A stretch of 64,000 bases of DNA. Origin: an uncultured Bacteroidales bacterium (GTDB lineage: Bacteria > Bacteroidota > Bacteroidia > Bacteroidales > WCHB1-69). The notes under the pieces were generated by a model that was given only the letters and a program-made list of their open reading frames with translations, was not told where the DNA came from and searched no databases. This document shows positions 59,724-64,000 of the stretch, in pieces. Each line of letters opens with the position of its first letter. Within the stretch, counting starts at the first letter, position 1. The DNA is taken from contig CAMORT010000002.1 of the NCBI GenBank assembly GCA_946624065.1, positions 10,542 through 74,541 on the forward strand, given 5' to 3'. Made by a program: the position numbers and the translations under genes.

Positions 59724-60347
59724 ATGGACGAAAAAGAAAATATTGAACAAGAACAAACCCCTGAAGTGAACAAAGAAGTGCAGGAAGAGGTCAATCCTCA
59801 AACTGACAATTTGTCGGAGGAAACTGACAATGCGAAGAAAGGTGGCATATTTTCAAAGAAGAACAATAAGGATAAAGCTAAAATTCAGGAACTTACCGAC
59901 CAGTTGGAAAAAGCGAAAGCGGAAAAGGCAGAGTTGAATGACCGTTTCCTGCGTCTGTATTCTGAGTTTGACAATTATAAAAAGCGTGTCAGCAAAGAGA
60001 AACTGGATTTGATTTCCACCGCATCCGAAAAGGTATTTGTGAATCTTTTACCCATCATAGATGATTTTGAAAGGGCCATTTCCGCCAATGAGAAGGTGGA
60101 GGATATCAATGCGATAAAAGAAGGTTTTAACCTGATTTACAACAAGATGCTTCAATTGCTGAAACGGTTTGATGTGGAAGAGATAGCCGCCAAAGGCGAA
60201 GAGTTCAACACGGATTTTCATGAGGCGGTCACCCATTTTCCGGTAGAGAAGGAAGAAGACAAGGGTAAAGTGATTGATGTTACCGAGAAGGGTTACAAAA
60301 TCAAAGACAAAGTCATCCGATATTCCAAAGTCGTTGTCGGCCAATAA
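59724..60347 (+). CDS. grpE: Nucleotide exchange factor GrpE
   Basis: 207 aa. ...DRFLRLYSEFDNYKKR...LLPIIDDFERA... Confidence 0.94.
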   Translation: MDEKENIEQEQTPEVNKEVQEEVNPQTDNLSEETDNAKKGGIFSKKNNKDKAKIQELTDQLEKAKAEKAELNDRFLRLYSEFDNYKKRVSKEKLDLISTASEKVFVNLLPIIDDFERAISANEKVEDINAIKEGFNLIYNKMLQLLKRFDVEEIAAKGEEFNTDFHEAVTHFPVEKEEDKGKVIDVTEKGYKIKDKVIRYSKVVVGQ

Positions 60348-60409
60348 CCCTCCTTATGACCATTTTGTAATGGCAGTTTAGGACAGTCATTACCTAAAAA
60401 CTATTATTT

Positions 60410-61588
60410 ATGGCAGAAAAACGAGATTATTACGAAGTGCTGGGCGTAGAAAAAGGCGCCAGTGCTGAAGATATAAAAAAGGCATACCGGAAGTGTGCCA
60501 TGAAATACCATCCTGACCGCTGGGTGAACGGAACTGATGCGGAGAAGAAAGATGCGGAAGAGAAGTTCAAAGAGGCGTCGGAAGCATACGATGTGCTAAG
60601 CAATCCGGACAAAAAATCACGCTATGATCAGTACGGTCATGCTGGCATGGGAGGAGCCGCGTCCGATTTCTCCGGTTTTGATATCAGCGACATTTTCTCG
60701 CACTTTGCGGATGTGTTCGGTGGTGCCGCTGGTGGAGGTTTTGGGTTCGGAGACCTCTTTGGAGGCATGGGAGGTGGAAGTGCCCAACGCGTGCGCAAGG
60801 GCGGTAATATCCGGATCAAGGTAAAACTCACCTTGGAGGAGGTTGCCAACCCGACCGAGAAGAAAGTTAAAATCAATAAATATGTGGCTTGTGAGCACTG
60901 CCACGGCACCGGTGCAAAGGATGAGCATAGCAAACAGACCTGTCCTACTTGTAAAGGTCGCGGTCAAGTGGTACGCCAGCAGCGCAGTATGTTTGGCATT
61001 ATCCAACAGGCCTCTGTCTGTCCGCAGTGCAACGGATCCGGCGAGATCATTAAAGACCCTTGTCCGCACTGCCATGGCAATGGCATCGTGCAAGGCGAAG
61101 AGGTGATCAAACTCACCATCCCTGCCGGTGTGGATAACGGAATGCAGCTTACTGTGCGTGGAAAAGGCCATGCTGCTGCCAATGGCGGAGTGAACGGTGA
61201 TTTGATAGTGGCTATAGAAGTAGCTGATCATGATGTGTTTGAGCGTGACGGCAACAATCTGTATCTCAATTATTACATCAGTTTCCCGCAAGCTGCCCTT
61301 GGCTCTTCTGTAGAGATTCCGACGCTGAACGGCAAGGCGAAAATCAAAATCGCCGCCGGTACGCAAGGCGGTCAAGTGCTTCGTTTGCAAGGCAAGGGAT
61401 TGCCCGAATTGCACTCCCGTAATGTGGGCGACTTGATTGTGAATGTAAATGTTTGGACACCAAAGAGTTTGACCAAAGAAGAGAAAGAAATCATTGAGAA
61501 ATTGAGCACACACGACAATTTTGTGCCCAAGCCAGGAAAAAATGAACGCAGTGTGTTCAACCGTGTCCGACAGTTTTTCAGAGACTAA
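60410..61588 (+). CDS. dnaJ: Molecular chaperone DnaJ
   Basis: 392 aa. J-domain with KYHPDR, G/F-rich region, and four CxxCxGxG zinc-finger repeats. Confidence 0.96.
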   Translation: MAEKRDYYEVLGVEKGASAEDIKKAYRKCAMKYHPDRWVNGTDAEKKDAEEKFKEASEAYDVLSNPDKKSRYDQYGHAGMGGAASDFSGFDISDIFSHFADVFGGAAGGGFGFGDLFGGMGGGSAQRVRKGGNIRIKVKLTLEEVANPTEKKVKINKYVACEHCHGTGAKDEHSKQTCPTCKGRGQVVRQQRSMFGIIQQASVCPQCNGSGEIIKDPCPHCHGNGIVQGEEVIKLTIPAGVDNGMQLTVRGKGHAAANGGVNGDLIVAIEVADHDVFERDGNNLYLNYYISFPQAALGSSVEIPTLNGKAKIKIAAGTQGGQVLRLQGKGLPELHSRNVGDLIVNVNVWTPKSLTKEEKEIIEKLSTHDNFVPKPGKNERSVFNRVRQFFRD

Positions 61589-62001
61589 AGATCTGTAAGC
61601 GGTCGGATTTCTTCCGTTTCAAAATCGATGGTGAAGAAAAAATGCGCGCTTCCGTTGGTTACGCCAAGAATGGGAGCGCGCAGTGTTTTGTTATAACGTC
61701 CCGCCTGCGCAATAACCTCTTGGGTGAGTTCCACATGCGGTGCTTTGCATTCAATGACCATGTGCGGTTTCATATCCTGACCGAAAACCACCAAATCATA
61801 ACGCTTTGTAAGACCGTTCACGGTGATGGCCCGTTCCACGGAAAGGTGCGAAGCGGGAATTCTTTTCACATTCAGCAAAAACAGGATGAGCTGCTGGCGC
61901 ACCCGTTCCTCCGGGGTCATCACCAGCCATTTTTTACGGATGGGATCGAAAACTTCGGTCTTTCCCTCCCGTTCCCGTTGTTTAAATGTGTATTCCATCA
62001 A
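61585..62001 (-). CDS. Type I restriction enzyme HsdR N-terminal domain-containing protein (stand-alone small nuclease-fold protein)
   Basis: 138 aa. ...[14 protein letters not shown]...[22 protein letters not shown]... shows the PD-(D/E)xK-like D...ExK pattern typical of this family. Confidence 0.7.
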   Translation of the reverse strand: MMEYTFKQREREGKTEVFDPIRKKWLVMTPEERVRQQLILFLLNVKRIPASHLSVERAITVNGLTKRYDLVVFGQDMKPHMVIECKAPHVELTQEVIAQAGRYNKTLRAPILGVTNGSAHFFFTIDFETEEIRPLTDL

Positions 62002-63152
62002 CCCAATTTTGCTTTGTAGGATTCGTAATCACCTGGTTCAGAGAACAGTTCAAACTCTCCGTCCTTGTGAATCATGCCAATGGCTGGATGTGCAACGCCG
62101 TTGAAAAAGGTAGTTTTCACCATGGTGTAGTGAATCATGTCGTCAAAAACAATACGGTCACCCACCTCAAGAGGTTCATTGAAGGCGAAATCTCCCATGC
62201 CGATGTAATCGCCGGCCAGACAGGAACAACCACCAAGGCGATAGACGAATTTGTCGTTTTCGGTGGGTTCGTGTGCCCCTAAAACGGTCGGTTTATAGGG
62301 CATTTCCAGACAATCGGGCATGTGGCACGCAAAGGAAACATTGAGCATGGCAATTTTGATGCCCTTGTTTACCACGATGTCTTCCACAGTCGAAGTGAGC
62401 ACGCCGGTTTGCCAGCCCACGGCCTCGCCCGGCTCCAGAATCACATCCTCCAGATTCGGGTAGCGGTTCCGGAAGTCCTTCAGCAGTTGGATCAGGTGCG
62501 GGATGTTGTAATCCGCGCGGGTGATATGGTGTCCGCCGCCGAAGTTCACCCATTTGCATTGGCGGATGTATTTGGCGAAACGCTGTTCAAAGGCTTCCAA
62601 GCAATGCTCCAGCGCATAGCTGTCGTTTTCACAAAGCACATGAAAATGCAGTCCCTCAATGCCTTCGGGCAGATTTTCGGGCATGTCTTCGGCCAAGATG
62701 CCCAAGCGTGAGCCCGGCAGAGCGGGATTGTAAAGGTCGGTTTCAATTTCAGAATATTCGGGATTCACCCGCAAACCGAAACTTACCTTTTTGGGACAAT
62801 TGAGTGCCGTGTCCTTGTATTTGTCCCACTGACTTAACGAGTTGAATGTCAAGTGGCTGCTATAGATGAGCAGTTGTGGAAATTCATTTTCCAGATATAT
62901 GGGCGCGTAGGTGTGCGCATCGCAGCACATCTCTTCGGAAATGAGCCGTGCCTCGTTTAGCGAGGAGGCGGTAGCGCCCGCCAGATAGTGTTTTATCAGT
63001 GGGAAGGAGTGCCAAAAAGACATGCCTTTGAGCGCGCAGATAATGGAAACCCCAGCCTCCTGCTGCACCAGGTTCAGCAGTTGCAAATTGGCTTCAAGAG
63101 AGGCCTCGGACATGATGTAGCAGGGGGATGGAAGGGAATCGTACGAATTCAT
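61998..63152 (-). CDS. nspC: Carboxynorspermidine decarboxylase
   Basis: 384 aa. Layout of the PLP-dependent Orn/DAP/Arg decarboxylase group IV fold: ...CALKGMSFWHSF..., ...WVNFGGGHH..., ...YRLGGCSCLAGD... Confidence 0.85.
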   Translation of the reverse strand: MNSYDSLPSPCYIMSEASLEANLQLLNLVQQEAGVSIICALKGMSFWHSFPLIKHYLAGATASSLNEARLISEEMCCDAHTYAPIYLENEFPQLLIYSSHLTFNSLSQWDKYKDTALNCPKKVSFGLRVNPEYSEIETDLYNPALPGSRLGILAEDMPENLPEGIEGLHFHVLCENDSYALEHCLEAFEQRFAKYIRQCKWVNFGGGHHITRADYNIPHLIQLLKDFRNRYPNLEDVILEPGEAVGWQTGVLTSTVEDIVVNKGIKIAMLNVSFACHMPDCLEMPYKPTVLGAHEPTENDKFVYRLGGCSCLAGDYIGMGDFAFNEPLEVGDRIVFDDMIHYTMVKTTFFNGVAHPAIGMIHKDGEFELFSEPGDYESYKAKLG

Positions 63153-63214
63153 AATTCAAATTTCAAAGTTTAAAAATTCATCATTTCTAAACTCTACACG
63201 CTCAACTTAAAACG

Positions 63215-64000
63215 CTATTTATGGTTTTCGTGGAACAGTTTCAAGCGTTCTTCCAGCATGGGGAACTGGCGGCGCGGGGTCAGGGAGACGCAAGCGCGCA
63301 GACCTTCGGTGCGTTCGCTGCCGCAAGTCACCAATGAGATGGCGCTGATGCCGTAGTACAGGAATTCGTGCAGCAGTTCATCGCTGCTCATGCCCGGGTA
63401 GGCCACTGTGAAGTAGAATCCGTCAGCCAGATCCTTGTCGCCATCTTTGTCATAGACGATAACGAAACCGTTGTCGGTGAAGAGTTTCTTCATGATAGCG
63501 GCTTTCTCGCCATATTCTTTCACATCGTCAATGTAGTTATAGGTGCCGTCGTTGCAGGCTTTGAGGATGGCAGCCATGGCATATTGTGCGGAATGTGCTA
63601 CACCAGAGCTGATGGCATAGACGGTGCCGTAAATGATGGCACGACCCAGTTTCTTCATCTTGAAGTAGGGTTCCAAATCATCGAACTCGCGGTTGTATAA
63701 TTTGTCGGACATAATCATCAGGGCGATACGCTCGCCAGCATAGCTGAATGCCTTGGAACCGGAGATCAGCAGCGCGTAGTTGTCGGTGTATTTGCCTACG
63801 CTTGGCTGGTAGGGCGGCACACCAGGTTTGGAGATGTCCTGACGGAAATCCATGCCGAAATAAGCGAGGTCTTCGAACACGAACACATCATATTTATTGG
63901 CCATTTCGCCGATAATTTGCAGTTCCTCTTCGGTGAAGCAGATCCATGACGGGTTGTTCGGGTTGGAATACATGATGGTGTGGATGTTGCCTTTCTCGAG
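63215..64000 (-). CDS. Class I/II PLP-dependent aminotransferase, C-terminal part (5' end outside the window)
   Basis: The frame stays open to the window edge (LEKGNIHTIMYSNPNNPSW...). The SNPNNP motif and SGSKAFSYAG (PLP-Lys region) normally lie mid-protein. Confidence 0.8.
   Translation of the reverse strand, partial: LEKGNIHTIMYSNPNNPSWICFTEEELQIIGEMANKYDVFVFEDLAYFGMDFRQDISKPGVPPYQPSVGKYTDNYALLISGSKAFSYAGERIALMIMSDKLYNREFDDLEPYFKMKKLGRAIIYGTVYAISSGVAHSAQYAMAAILKACNDGTYNYIDDVKEYGEKAAIMKKLFTDNGFVIVYDKDGDKDLADGFYFTVAYPGMSSDELLHEFLYYGISAISLVTCGSERTEGLRACVSLTPRRQFPMLEERLKLFHENHK

Noticed and set aside
61585-62001. An HsdR N-terminal domain protein as evidence of a type I restriction-modification system.
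   Set aside because: It is a stand-alone 138-aa protein with no HsdM, HsdS or helicase/ATPase part in the window. It is wedged between dnaJ and nspC. This small family is common as an orphan in Bacteroidota.
1-64000. CRISPR arrays, IS elements/transposases, integrases, prophage or conjugative genes, rRNA operons.
   Set aside because: No regularly spaced 25-40-nt direct repeats, no transposase/integrase/recombinase-like ORF and no rRNA-like sequence were seen. The only repeats are the short word arrays and hairpins listed above.

Overview
The window is a 64-kb chromosomal segment from a T9SS-bearing member of the Bacteroidota, probably Bacteroidales-like. Three observations support this: TAnnTTTG -7 promoter boxes sit in front of most transcription units, three proteins end in Por/T9SS C-terminal sorting domains, and leaders are A/T-rich without Shine-Dalgarno sequences. 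I call about 58 protein genes, 2 tRNAs (Cys-GCA, Lys-UUU) and 1 cobalamin riboswitch. Coding density is very high.

Most content is housekeeping:
- Translation: rpsF-rpsR-rplI, frr, tilS.
- Nucleotide metabolism: tdk, thyA, pyrBI, pyrH, purA, folE, class II B12-dependent RNR.
- Central metabolism and Fe-S/thiol: pgk, pta, metK, fabD, gcvH, sufS, ApbC/Mrp, CoA-disulfide reductase-rhodanese, trxA.
- Chaperones: grpE-dnaJ.
- Polyamine genes.
- Peptide utilisation: C69 dipeptidase, POT transporter, S41 protease.

I found no CRISPR array, IS element, integrase, prophage or classical defence locus.

The candidates that deserve a second look are:
1. A cobalamin riboswitch driving a stand-alone T9SS-exported protein made of three tandem repeats, possibly a new extracellular corrinoid-capture protein.
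2. A fusion of an APH/AmgK-like kinase domain with a RapZ C-terminal domain.
3. A secreted 1004-aa protein that looks like a single-chain tandem TldD/PmbA-type module without the metal motif.
4. A tightly coupled operon encoding a PepSY-like repeat protein and an orphan 1487-aa secreted giant.
5. A family of 9-bp-phased degenerate 'word' repeats in intergenic DNA. Two ~125-bp inverted, promoter-bearing copies bracket the CoADR-rhodanese gene.

All family assignments rest on motifs read from the supplied translations. No database search or RNA covariance model could be run.
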